This document shows positions 21,570 to 30,819 of a stretch of 64,000 bases of DNA, piece by piece; the stretch's first letter is position 1; each line of letters starts with the position of its first letter. The DNA is from Gammaproteobacteria bacterium UBA7449 (GTDB lineage Bacteria; Pseudomonadota; Gammaproteobacteria; Pseudomonadales; Pseudohongiellaceae), in contig DLPV01000026.1 in NCBI GenBank assembly GCA_002477465.1, positions 14,597 to 78,596 on the forward strand, written 5' to 3'. The notes beneath the pieces were generated by a model. That model did no database searches, was not told the DNA's origin, and saw only the letters and a program-made list of their open reading frames with translations. Made by a program: the position numbers and the translations under genes.

Positions 21570-23118
21570 CGTAGGGCTCGTTACGGCGCTTCTTCAGTAG
21601 ACGAATTCGCAGATCGCTGACGTAATCAGGCTCTCCGTAAAAATGCAGGGGTTGAGCCATTTCTGAAATCAACTGCTCAGCGTAATCAAATTCGTTAGCG
21701 GCCATAGCATATTTTGCCGCTTGCTCCATAATAAAACTGTCTGCTGGCAATGTAGCAAATGCTTTCTCCTGATAGCTGACACCGAGGCGCCAGTCCTGTT
21801 CTGGAAACAAATAGAATTGCGCCATGGCTAGATTGACCTCAGGATTATCAGGCGCCATTTTGAATGCCCGGGTAAATTGTTCCTGCATCACTGCGAACAG
21901 ACTTTGGCGACGCGCCTCGGAATAGGTTTTCTCACAATCTGATAATTCTGATTCCCAGTACTCTCCCAGATCCAAAATGATATTGAGGTCTTCAGGAGCC
22001 AGCGCTGTGGCCTGCTCAAAATACGCCGCAATCGTCTGGTCTGACACCTCATCAAGATCGAATCTCAATGCATCTCCCAAGCCTGAATAGGCTCTCGCCA
22101 CCGGCGCTTCAGTTTCCACGAGACTGCCAAACAGCTGCTCCGCTGTATCCAATCGCCCGCTGTTCAAACCCAATTCACCGAGCAATATCGCTACTCTATC
22201 GGGATCAAGCGGGGCCGCGCCTGGCACCTGAACTGGCGCCAGCTCACCATGTTCTACATCCACACGCGGGCGCCTGCTATTGCTGAGATAATCGACGTAC
22301 TCTGCATCCAGCTCTGCCGTGGTAATGTCGAATGACTGGTCAAATGCGAATCGCGCGGCGCGTCCCTCCAATAACAGCTCAACATAGCGTGCCAACTGCG
22401 CGCGACGATCGGGAAACGCGTCTTCTGCATACCCATGCCGCAGATAGTGGAACAACGCCTCCGATTTGAGATTGGCGAATTGAATCAAGCGCGGCGATGC
22501 CAGAGAATCATCCCGATACAGCAAGCGACCCATCGGAATAGTGTCGCTTACCTGGGCCAATGCGCTGTATCCGTCTGCCGATGGACGCGCTAACTCACCG
22601 CGACCGTCATCGATATTGACGCCTGCGAGATAAGCCGCGAGGCCCTCCTCATACCAGCGCGGCAGACGCAGATCGGAAAAATTTCGGATCAGAAAATGCG
22701 CGTAGTGATGCCTGGCCTGCAGCAAGGATTGATCATCCCGCAGCAATATACCCATAAAGTTTGCCCGCGGTGTGGCATAGAAATAGCCCCGCTCTTCACC
22801 AACGAGAAAAGCAGCAAAGTCAGCTTCACTGTCAAACAGGTACACATAGTTGGGAATGGGAATCGCCGGAAGCACAGCGCTGCCGACAATCTGGTAGGCG
22901 GCAATCTGGCGCCAGGACTCCATGTCACGCAGAAACCGCTGCGTTTGGCGATCTGAGGCCTGGCTCAGAACTGTGAAGTGGCTAGAATCCAACCCCATCC
23001 AGCGTTGCTGCACCAGATCACCCTGAGCCAGGACAGGCGTACACAGGCTGACCGTAATCCAGACAAGGACAGTGAGCGAGCCGGCTCGACAAGTGCTCAT
23101 GATACTCACGATACTCAT
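21550..23118 (-). CDS. Exported MA-clan-peptidase-like (DUF1570-like) protein with C-terminal TPR region and a variant HHxxH motif
   Basis: Signal peptide (LVWITVSLCTPVLAQG). HHYAHFLIRN followed by RWYEEGLAAYL resembles the HExxH...EGxAxY arrangement of MA-like peptidases, but with His in place of the catalytic Glu. TPR-like C-terminus. Confidence 0.5.
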   Translation of the reverse strand: MSIVSIMSTCRAGSLTVLVWITVSLCTPVLAQGDLVQQRWMGLDSSHFTVLSQASDRQTQRFLRDMESWRQIAAYQIVGSAVLPAIPIPNYVYLFDSEADFAAFLVGEERGYFYATPRANFMGILLRDDQSLLQARHHYAHFLIRNFSDLRLPRWYEEGLAAYLAGVNIDDGRGELARPSADGYSALAQVSDTIPMGRLLYRDDSLASPRLIQFANLKSEALFHYLRHGYAEDAFPDRRAQLARYVELLLEGRAARFAFDQSFDITTAELDAEYVDYLSNSRRPRVDVEHGELAPVQVPGAAPLDPDRVAILLGELGLNSGRLDTAEQLFGSLVETEAPVARAYSGLGDALRFDLDEVSDQTIAAYFEQATALAPEDLNIILDLGEYWESELSDCEKTYSEARRQSLFAVMQEQFTRAFKMAPDNPEVNLAMAQFYLFPEQDWRLGVSYQEKAFATLPADSFIMEQAAKYAMAANEFDYAEQLISEMAQPLHFYGEPDYVSDLRIRLLKKRRNEPYDACAVY

Positions 23119-23301
23119 AAAAAGCCCCGTGGTCTATCGGCCTGCGCGAGCAAGCCCTAAACAAAACAGGCAAGGGCTACTGTAGCATGGTCATGAGAGA
23201 CTCGGAAAGCAGAGGGGAACGGTACCGGCGCAGTTTCACTCCCAGCAAGCGGCCCTTCTTTGGAGCTTCTTTTGACCTTCTTTTCCCTTTTTGGGCGCGC
23301 C

Positions 23302-24960
23302 TTACATGGCGGGATAGTTGGGACCACCTCCACCCTCGGGAACCACCCAATTGATGTTCTGGGAGGGATCCTTGATGTCGCAGGTCTTACAGTGCACGCA
23401 ATTCTGAGAATTGATTTGAAAGCGTTTACCACCATCGCTCTCCTCCACCACCTCGTAAACGCCCGCTGGACAATAACGTTGCGCCGGCTCGTCAAACTTC
23501 GGCAGATTTACGTCGATCGGAATCGAAGCATCCTTCAACTGCAGGTGACAGGGCTGGTCTTCAGCATGATTGGTATTGGACAAAAATACCGAGGAAAGTT
23601 TGTCGAAGCTAATTACTCCATCGGGTTTGGCATAGTTGATCTGCGGGCATTCTGCCGCTGGCTTCATCTGGCTGTGATCGGCGGACTTGTCGTGAAAAGT
23701 CAGCGGGAATTTGCCAAAGAAAATATTTTGCTCGAGGAATGACAGTGCGCTACCGAGCCAAAACCCAAATTTGTGAAAGCCAGCACTGAAGTTTCGGGTC
23801 TGGTGTAATTCTTTATAAAGCTCTGAGTTATTGAATCTCGAACTATATTCGGTGATTTCGGACTCGGGAGACTCCGCCTGTAAGGCTTCAAACAGCGACT
23901 CTGCCGCCAGTATTCCCGACCACATCGCAGTATGACTGCCCTTGATCTTAGCCGCATTCAGCGTCCCCGCATCGCAGCCGATCAACAAACCGCCTGGGAA
24001 TGTCATCTTCGGCAGGGAATTTAGACCACCTTTGATGATTGCGCGCGCACCGTAACTGATGCGCTTACCCCCCTCCAGGTATTGCTTGATTACGGGATGA
24101 TGCTTGAACTTCTGGAATTCGTCATAGGGACTGATATGGGGGTTGCTATAGCCGAGGTCGACAATCAGTCCCAGTGAGACTTGATTGTTCTCAACGTGGT
24201 AGAGAAAGCCGCCGCTGCTTCCTGCATAGGATGCACCAGTCATGGGATAGCCAGCGGTATGCACAGCCAGCCCTTCTTTATGCTGCCCCTCCGGTATTTC
24301 CCAGACTTCCTTGATACCGATGCCATAGTGCTGGGGGTCTGAATCCTTATCCAGCTCAAAGCGTGAAATCAGCTCCTTACCCAGATGGCCACGACAACCC
24401 TCCGCAAAGATGGTGTATTTCGCATGAAACTCAAAACCCGGCTCAAAGGAAGGCTTATGTTCGCCCTCCGCAGTGACTCCCATGTCCCCAGTCGCCACAC
24501 CCTTAACACTGCCATCTTCATGGTACAGAATCTCTGCCGCGGCAAAGCCCGGAAAAACCTCAGCACCCAATTCCATGGCCTGCTCACCCAGCCAGCGACA
24601 CAGATTGCCGAGAGAAATGATGTAGTTGCCGTGGTTATGCATCGTACGCGGCACCAGCGGCCCGGGAAATTTAAACGAGGACTCGCTGTTCCCCAGGTAG
24701 TAAACATCATCACCGGTCACCTGGGTATTCAGGGGGGCACCCTTATCTTTCCAGTCCGGAAACAACTCATTTAATGCGCTTGGCTCAAATACGGCGCCGG
24801 ACAGAATATGGGCACCGACTTCGCCGCCTTTTTCCAACACACACACGGTCAATTCCTGTTCACCCGCCTGCGCTAATTGCAGTAATTTGCAAGCCGTCGC
24901 CAGGCCTGCCGGTCCTGCACCGACAATGACTACATCAACTTCCATTGACTCACGTTGCAT
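23302..24960 (-). CDS. etfD: Electron-transfer flavoprotein:ubiquinone oxidoreductase
   Basis: FAD fingerprint (DVVIVGAGPAGL) and C-terminal 4Fe-4S region (CVHCKTCDIKDP..NI.W..PEGGGGPNY). 552 aa. Confidence 0.93.
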   Translation of the reverse strand: MQRESMEVDVVIVGAGPAGLATACKLLQLAQAGEQELTVCVLEKGGEVGAHILSGAVFEPSALNELFPDWKDKGAPLNTQVTGDDVYYLGNSESSFKFPGPLVPRTMHNHGNYIISLGNLCRWLGEQAMELGAEVFPGFAAAEILYHEDGSVKGVATGDMGVTAEGEHKPSFEPGFEFHAKYTIFAEGCRGHLGKELISRFELDKDSDPQHYGIGIKEVWEIPEGQHKEGLAVHTAGYPMTGASYAGSSGGFLYHVENNQVSLGLIVDLGYSNPHISPYDEFQKFKHHPVIKQYLEGGKRISYGARAIIKGGLNSLPKMTFPGGLLIGCDAGTLNAAKIKGSHTAMWSGILAAESLFEALQAESPESEITEYSSRFNNSELYKELHQTRNFSAGFHKFGFWLGSALSFLEQNIFFGKFPLTFHDKSADHSQMKPAAECPQINYAKPDGVISFDKLSSVFLSNTNHAEDQPCHLQLKDASIPIDVNLPKFDEPAQRYCPAGVYEVVEESDGGKRFQINSQNCVHCKTCDIKDPSQNINWVVPEGGGGPNYPAM

Positions 24961-25561
24961 AGTTGAACCTCTGCAGAATTAAAAGGAAAAATTTGGATGG
25001 GCTGTTGTGGTTCCGGGTGCAATTCCCTGCACGATGGAGACAGCGGCCTGCTTCAAGGCCGTCTATTATCCTCAATTACTTAAATGCTAGCAAACTAGAT
25101 ACAAAACAGATGGTTACAGAATATAGCTAAGAGCCTGCACCAAAAACATAGATGCTGATTGTCTGTGCAAGAGCAACTTATTGGAAAGTCGCTGACAACT
25201 ATTGGATGGTAAGCCAGTCGATACTCATTAATAAACGTATAGCGCAACGGTAGTGGCAAGCACCAGCATCAAACTGCCTTCCAATACCGCGAGAGACCAA
25301 TGCGAGCCAGGCAATAGTTGCCTGACACAACGATGCACTGGATCCTTCAATTCTTTGTATCTGCAATAAGTCATGATTCAGCCCCTTTGTACCGCAATCT
25401 CCCAAGATACTTCTTAGACGTAAGCCAGGGTAAAAGGGTTACGCGCGCCTATGAAATTCTGCCGGGAATAACGACAGCTGGCCTGAAAACTTTAGAAATC
25501 AGTCGGTGTGACGTCTGCGATCCGGCGGCGCAAACCTGTGCCAACCAGCTTAGGCTTTAGT

Positions 25562-26317
25562 TTAGGTCTTGGTAAAAATCATCATGTGCTGCCAAGGCAG
25601 GAAGTTCAGCGTGTCGGTCCATTCCAGACCAAAAACACTCATCTCACGCACAACCTGCTCTTCGGTCATCTTGTGCAAGGGCCGGATAGGCACACTGGCG
25701 TCTTCGCCACGGTATTCGAGCAAGAAGATACGGCCACCGGGCCGCAGAGCCTGGAAAATGCCGTTAATCATCTCGAATGGGTGGGAGAATTCATGGTAGG
25801 CATCCACCATAATTGCGGCATCGATAGAGCCCGGGGGCAAATTGGGGTCGTCAACCTGGCCCAGCACGCCTTCAATATTGGAAACACCATCCTCGGCCAT
25901 TTGCGCTTTGATCAACTGCAGCATCTCTGGCTGGATATCCACCGCCAGCACCTTACCCTCAGGCACCAGCCGGGCAATCCGAAATGAGAAGTAACCTGAA
26001 CCCGCGCCTATATCTGCCACAACATGATCTGGATCGAGCCCCATATTCGCCACCACTTCATCAGGCATCTCCTCCTGGATTCGGCCAGGGCGGTTCAACC
26101 ATTCCGCTGCCTGATGCCCCATGACAAAGGATATCTCACGGCCCATATAGAATTTCCCGATTCCGGTTGTACGGCGCTCAGGAGCTACCTCATAGCCCGG
26201 GTGCTCTATTTCCTGAGCCCGAACGACAACGCCCGATATTGCGATGCTCAGAATCAGCAGGCCGGACAGAGCCCGTGCGAGCAGCTTGCGGGGCAGTGGT
26301 TGACGGAATAGTGCCAT
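25562..26317 (-). CDS. Class I SAM-dependent methyltransferase with N-terminal signal peptide/anchor
   Basis: SAM motif I (VVADIGAGSGYFS) and an N-terminal hydrophobic segment (LSGLLILSIAISGVVVRAQE). Confidence 0.7.
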   Translation of the reverse strand: MALFRQPLPRKLLARALSGLLILSIAISGVVVRAQEIEHPGYEVAPERRTTGIGKFYMGREISFVMGHQAAEWLNRPGRIQEEMPDEVVANMGLDPDHVVADIGAGSGYFSFRIARLVPEGKVLAVDIQPEMLQLIKAQMAEDGVSNIEGVLGQVDDPNLPPGSIDAAIMVDAYHEFSHPFEMINGIFQALRPGGRIFLLEYRGEDASVPIRPLHKMTEEQVVREMSVFGLEWTDTLNFLPWQHMMIFTKT

Positions 26318-26543
26318 GATCAGATCCTCAAAATGGATAGAAAGCCGGTCAGAAATGATACGTCTGCGCCTGTGAAGCAGATTTCTGGGCTATTTCAGAG
26401 GATTGTATGCCAGCTGGCAGGGGCGTGACAGTCGGACGGACGGAAGAAAAGTGGGAAGGCAGAGGCAGGACTGTAAATTGGCGTCAGCTAGATGACTTTC
26501 TGTCCGCCACCAGAATTGAGAAATAAAATGCGCTAGCTTCCTA

Positions 26544-26720
26544 TCAGAACAGCCTCACCAGTCTTTGGCCTGAGCCTTTGCACTTGGGGCAGTTGCTGCT
26601 ATTGGTAATTTTGCCCTCCCCCTTACAAACGTCACAGACATCTTTATACGGCTTTTTCAAAATTGCCTGCAGCTCTAAAAGAGCCTGCTTTGGGCGTTGT
26701 TTGTCAGCCAGTACCATCAT
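26544..26720 (-). CDS. Small (58 aa) protein with two DnaJ-type CxxCxGxG zinc-finger repeats
   Basis: Not in the ORF track (<60 aa). MMVLADKQRPKQALLELQAILKKPYKDVCDVCKGEGKITNSSNCPKCKGSGQRLVRLF*. AGGTGAG lies 3 nt upstream of ATG 26720. Confidence 0.6.
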   Translation of the reverse strand: MMVLADKQRPKQALLELQAILKKPYKDVCDVCKGEGKITNSSNCPKCKGSGQRLVRLF

Positions 26721-27025
26721 CTACTCACCTCTAAAAACTCTGTTATTGAAAACCCGCAGGCCGGAGAATTGGCCTGCCGCGAAACTTTAGCGTTTGTTAC
26801 TCGATTTGTGACTAACATCTCAATGATTGTCATTATGCAGAAGCCCGTAGGCAAAATGCGTTAACTACCTCACAAATTTGATGGGAAGCCTCGCGGAATT
26901 TTGCAAGTAGTCTATTGAAGCGGGATTTTTCTGACGAATTCGCGCCTTATGGTAGACTCTGCCCCCCAGTTTGGGTGCAGACTCTCTTCACCCATCTAAG
27001 CAAAATCAGCACAGGAAATTGGAGC

Positions 27026-28210
27026 ATGAGCAGAGTCTTGGAAGGAATTCGCGTTTTGGACTTCGGGCGTTATATAGCAGGCCCTTACTGCGCCACACTA
27101 CTTGGAGACATGGGTGCAGACGTCATCAGAATAGAAAAAGTCGATGGCTCCGAGGACCGTTTTTTGTCGCCAGTTACTGAGAATGGTGACGGCGCCATGT
27201 TTATGCAGCTGGCTCGCAACAAGCGCGGCCTGACCCTGAATCCGATGAAGCCAGCTGGCCGCGAAATTGTGAAAAAACTGGTGGCGACTGCAGACGTGGT
27301 GGTAGCCAACCTGCCCCCCGACACGCTCAAGGCGATGGGATTAGATTACGAGAGCCTGTCAGCGATCAAACCAGACATCATACTTACCATGATCTCGGCT
27401 TTTGGTCGCGGTGGTCCCTATTCAAACCGGGTAGGCTTTGATGGTCTGGGACAGGCCATGTCCGGCAATATGTACATGTCGGGTACACCGGAGCAACCGG
27501 TTAAGGCCTATGCGCCGTTCATCGATTTCGGCACCGCCAGCCTCTCTGCCTTTGGCACCATGGCAGCCTTGTTTGAGCGCCAAAAGACCGGCAAAGGCCA
27601 AATCGTTGAGGGCGCCCTTTTCAATACCGCCCTGACCATGATGAATGCAACCGCAATCGAGCAGAACGCCATTCAGGTCAATCGAGTTGCCACTCTCAAC
27701 CGTTCACAAACCTCGGCTCCCGCTGACACGTTTAAAACCCGGGACGGCTGGGTGCTGGTGCAATCCGTGGGCGGCCCACTGTTTAAACGCTGGGCTGATC
27801 TCATGGGCGAAGACCACTGGCTGGAAGATCCTCGTTTTAAGGACGACATTTCCCGTGGGGACCATGGTGAAATCATCAGTGAGCGTCTCGCAAAATGGTG
27901 CGCGGTAAGAAGCTCTGAAGAGGTGCTCGCCGCCATGGAAGAGGCGCGACTGCCTGCCGGCCCGATCATGTCACCCCAGGAAGTGCTGGAAGACCCCCAT
28001 ATTGAGACCAAGGGCCTGTTCCAAGCGATTGATTACCCTGGCCTCGATAAGCCTGCACCCATTATGCAAACCCCTGTGGAGCTCTCAGAAACACCAGGCG
28101 AGATACGCCATCGGGCACCTACCCTGGGAGAGCATACAGACAGCATCATGCGGGAGCTCGGATATCAGCAGGCAGAGATTGACGAATTACGCGCGCAGCG
28201 AATCATCTGA
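27026..28210 (+). CDS. Family III CoA-transferase (CaiB/BaiF)
   Basis: MSRVLEGIRVLDFGRYIAGPYCATLLGDMGADVIRIEK is the canonical family III N-terminus. Start chosen at 27026 rather than the tracked 26915. Confidence 0.88.
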   Translation: MSRVLEGIRVLDFGRYIAGPYCATLLGDMGADVIRIEKVDGSEDRFLSPVTENGDGAMFMQLARNKRGLTLNPMKPAGREIVKKLVATADVVVANLPPDTLKAMGLDYESLSAIKPDIILTMISAFGRGGPYSNRVGFDGLGQAMSGNMYMSGTPEQPVKAYAPFIDFGTASLSAFGTMAALFERQKTGKGQIVEGALFNTALTMMNATAIEQNAIQVNRVATLNRSQTSAPADTFKTRDGWVLVQSVGGPLFKRWADLMGEDHWLEDPRFKDDISRGDHGEIISERLAKWCAVRSSEEVLAAMEEARLPAGPIMSPQEVLEDPHIETKGLFQAIDYPGLDKPAPIMQTPVELSETPGEIRHRAPTLGEHTDSIMRELGYQQAEIDELRAQRII

Positions 28211-28295
28211 ACGCTCGGTGTTTGCACATTGGTCAGACTCGGTTAGTCTTGTGCCTTCTTCAGACTGCTCTCAACAAGCCAGGTCAGGAATAAAT

Positions 28296-29543
28296 ATGTA
28301 TAAGAACAACAACAGCCGCCGCAATTTTTTAAAGAAAAGTACAGCCCTGCTTGCCGGCACAGGTGCTCTTAAGTCACTGGCAGCTGGCGCTCAAACCCAA
28401 ACTGAAGAGGACTTCTGGCAACAGGTCAGGTCTCAATTTGCGTTCACCGAGAATGCCGTCCCCATGAACGCCGCCAATCTGTGCCCCGCTTTTCGGGCCG
28501 TGACCGACAGCGTGGAGCACTTTACCGCTGACATTGATATCGATTGCTCATTCAATAACCGGGCAAAATTTTCAGAACTGCTGGAACAATGTCGAAGCCG
28601 GATTGCTGGCCAGCTCAATGTATCGTCCGACGAAATTGCCCTGGTGAGAAATACCAGCGAAGCCAACAACATGATCAACAACGGCCTGTCTCTCGAGGCC
28701 GGCGATGAAATTTTGCTATGGGATCAAAACCACCCGACCAATAATGTGGCCTGGGATGTCAGGGCTGAACGATTTGACCTCAGGGTCAGGCGGGTCACAA
28801 CACCAACTCAACCGCAATCCAAAGCTGAACTGGTTTCCGCTTTCACCAGCCAGTTTACGGATGCTACCCGCGTATTGGCTATTACCCAGGTATCAAACGT
28901 TAGCGGCATCCAGCTCCCGATTGCTGAGCTGGTAGCTGCAGCCCATGATCGCGGCATCTACGTCCATGTCGATGGCGCCCAATCCTGGGGCGCGCTGGCG
29001 CTGGACTTGCGCGCGCTGGACGTGGACTCATACAGCGCCAGTGCCCACAAATGGTATATGGGCCCCCGGGAAGTTGGCCTGCTCTATGTAAAATCGGACA
29101 ACATTGACCGAATTTGGCCAAGCGTTATTGCGCCGGGTTGGGGCAATGATGCAGAAACAGATCTATTGGGCGCGAGAAAATTTGAATCTCTAGGCCAGCG
29201 CGACGATGCTGCATTGGCGGCACTGGGCACTGCAGCAGCCCTTCACGACGAAATCGGCCCTGAACGCATTGAGCAGCGCATCAGCTTCCTGACTCAGCGA
29301 TTGAAAACCGGGATAAGCGCGGCCAAGCTGTCACTGGTAACGCCCATGTCAGCCGAACTCAGCCACGGCGTTTGTATAACCCGCGTGAGTAGCGGTAACG
29401 GGGGCGCCATCAGCAATCAGCTCTACACGGACTACGGAATTGCGGGTGCAGCCACCGGAGGCTTGCGGCTTAGCCCCACCATATACAATACGGTTGAACA
29501 TATTGACCGCGCCATAGCTGCCGTAAGCAAACTGCTGGGCTAG
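28296..29543 (+). CDS. Class V aminotransferase-fold PLP enzyme (cysteine desulfurase/epimerase-like) with twin-arginine signal peptide
   Basis: Tat motif SRRNFLKKSTALLAGTGALKSLAAGA at the N-terminus (ATG 28296) and a PLP-lysine region SASAHKWYMGP. The tracked ORF (28002) overlaps the CoA-transferase 3' end and is too long. Confidence 0.75.
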   Translation: MYKNNNSRRNFLKKSTALLAGTGALKSLAAGAQTQTEEDFWQQVRSQFAFTENAVPMNAANLCPAFRAVTDSVEHFTADIDIDCSFNNRAKFSELLEQCRSRIAGQLNVSSDEIALVRNTSEANNMINNGLSLEAGDEILLWDQNHPTNNVAWDVRAERFDLRVRRVTTPTQPQSKAELVSAFTSQFTDATRVLAITQVSNVSGIQLPIAELVAAAHDRGIYVHVDGAQSWGALALDLRALDVDSYSASAHKWYMGPREVGLLYVKSDNIDRIWPSVIAPGWGNDAETDLLGARKFESLGQRDDAALAALGTAAALHDEIGPERIEQRISFLTQRLKTGISAAKLSLVTPMSAELSHGVCITRVSSGNGGAISNQLYTDYGIAGAATGGLRLSPTIYNTVEHIDRAIAAVSKLLG

Positions 29544-29574
29544 GGCTGCAAGCTCAGAGCAAATTCAGCCTTTA

Positions 29575-30789
29575 CTAGAGCTCTTGCAGAAATTTGAGCA
29601 TTGCCTGATTGGTGGCATCTGGCGCCTCTTGCTGCACCCAGTGACCAATATTTGGAAACAAGACTACGTCACGCAAATCATCGACAACTCGATTCATCGC
29701 GCCCTGCAGGCGCGCTTTGTTGGCTCCCGCAATCACAACATCTTGCTCACCGGCAATAAATAGCGTGGGCACAGTGATTTTAACGTCCTGATAGTCCGCG
29801 GTGAGTTCCCAGTTGCGATGAAAATTTCGGTAATAGTTCACGCCACCGCGAAAGCCCGCCCGCTCGAATTCTCCCACAACGTAGTCCAGATCAGCCTGGC
29901 TTAACCAATCCGGTAGTCCGGTGGGCGCGCCCAGACGTCCTATCCAGCCGCCGGCTGTGCGTAATGGATCCGTAATCATCGCTGCCTGGCGGGGCGAATC
30001 TGGCGACAGGTACAGCCTGCTTATCAAGCCATAGGGATCACTGTCATACTCCGTCTCTGCCACGCAGCCCGGCTCATTGTGATAAAGAATATAATAAAAA
30101 TTATCAGCAAACGCCTCACGCCAGGATTCCATGGGTGACTGTGGGGGTCTGCCACTATATGGCACACTCATGGCAATCAAAGCGCTGAAACGTTCCGGAT
30201 ACATAAGCACCGTGTTCCAGGCAACAATCGATCCCCAGTCATGTCCCACCATGATCGCGCTGGACTCTCCCAGGGCATCCAGTATACCGACCATATCTGC
30301 GGCCAGGTGTTCAATATCAAATTCATCCACGGCGTCCGGCGCGTCGGTAGAACCGTATCCACGCATATCCGGCGCGACTACTCGATAGCCCTGCTCTGCG
30401 AAGAATACCATTTGATGGCGCCAGTTGTACCAAGACTCCGGCCAGCCATGGGCTAACAGCATCAAGGGACCGGAATCTCCCGCTACAGCTAACCTGAAAT
30501 TAAGACCATTGGCCTGAACAGTCTGAAATTCAACACCGGCTACCGGGGCGGTTCCTGACATAGTGAAATTCTCTTGAGCATTAATGGATTGAATCAATAG
30601 ACAGCAGCTTGCGAACGCCGCCGCCAGGTAGCGCGGCAAACGCTGAATCTTTACGCAGGCCGTCCTGTAAGGAAAAATGGTAAGACAGGCACTATTAAGG
30701 TTTAGTGTTTTCACAAATCGCATATTGCACCGGGTAAGACCGATCAGCAAGCAGCCTATCATGGTCAGGACGTGACTGGACAGCCGCAC
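29575..30789 (-). CDS. Alpha/beta hydrolase, epoxide-hydrolase/haloalkane-dehalogenase-like
   Basis: LLAHGWPESWYNWRHQM and VGHDWGS motifs. The start is uncertain: either an upstream M with a possible signal sequence (LAAAFASCCLLIQSINAQE) or an internal M at MSGTAPV. Confidence 0.7.
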   Translation of the reverse strand: MRLSSHVLTMIGCLLIGLTRCNMRFVKTLNLNSACLTIFPYRTACVKIQRLPRYLAAAFASCCLLIQSINAQENFTMSGTAPVAGVEFQTVQANGLNFRLAVAGDSGPLMLLAHGWPESWYNWRHQMVFFAEQGYRVVAPDMRGYGSTDAPDAVDEFDIEHLAADMVGILDALGESSAIMVGHDWGSIVAWNTVLMYPERFSALIAMSVPYSGRPPQSPMESWREAFADNFYYILYHNEPGCVAETEYDSDPYGLISRLYLSPDSPRQAAMITDPLRTAGGWIGRLGAPTGLPDWLSQADLDYVVGEFERAGFRGGVNYYRNFHRNWELTADYQDVKITVPTLFIAGEQDVVIAGANKARLQGAMNRVVDDLRDVVLFPNIGHWVQQEAPDATNQAMLKFLQEL

Positions 30790-30819
30790 TTTAGCACCTA
30801 AGCTTCTGATGTGAACAAG

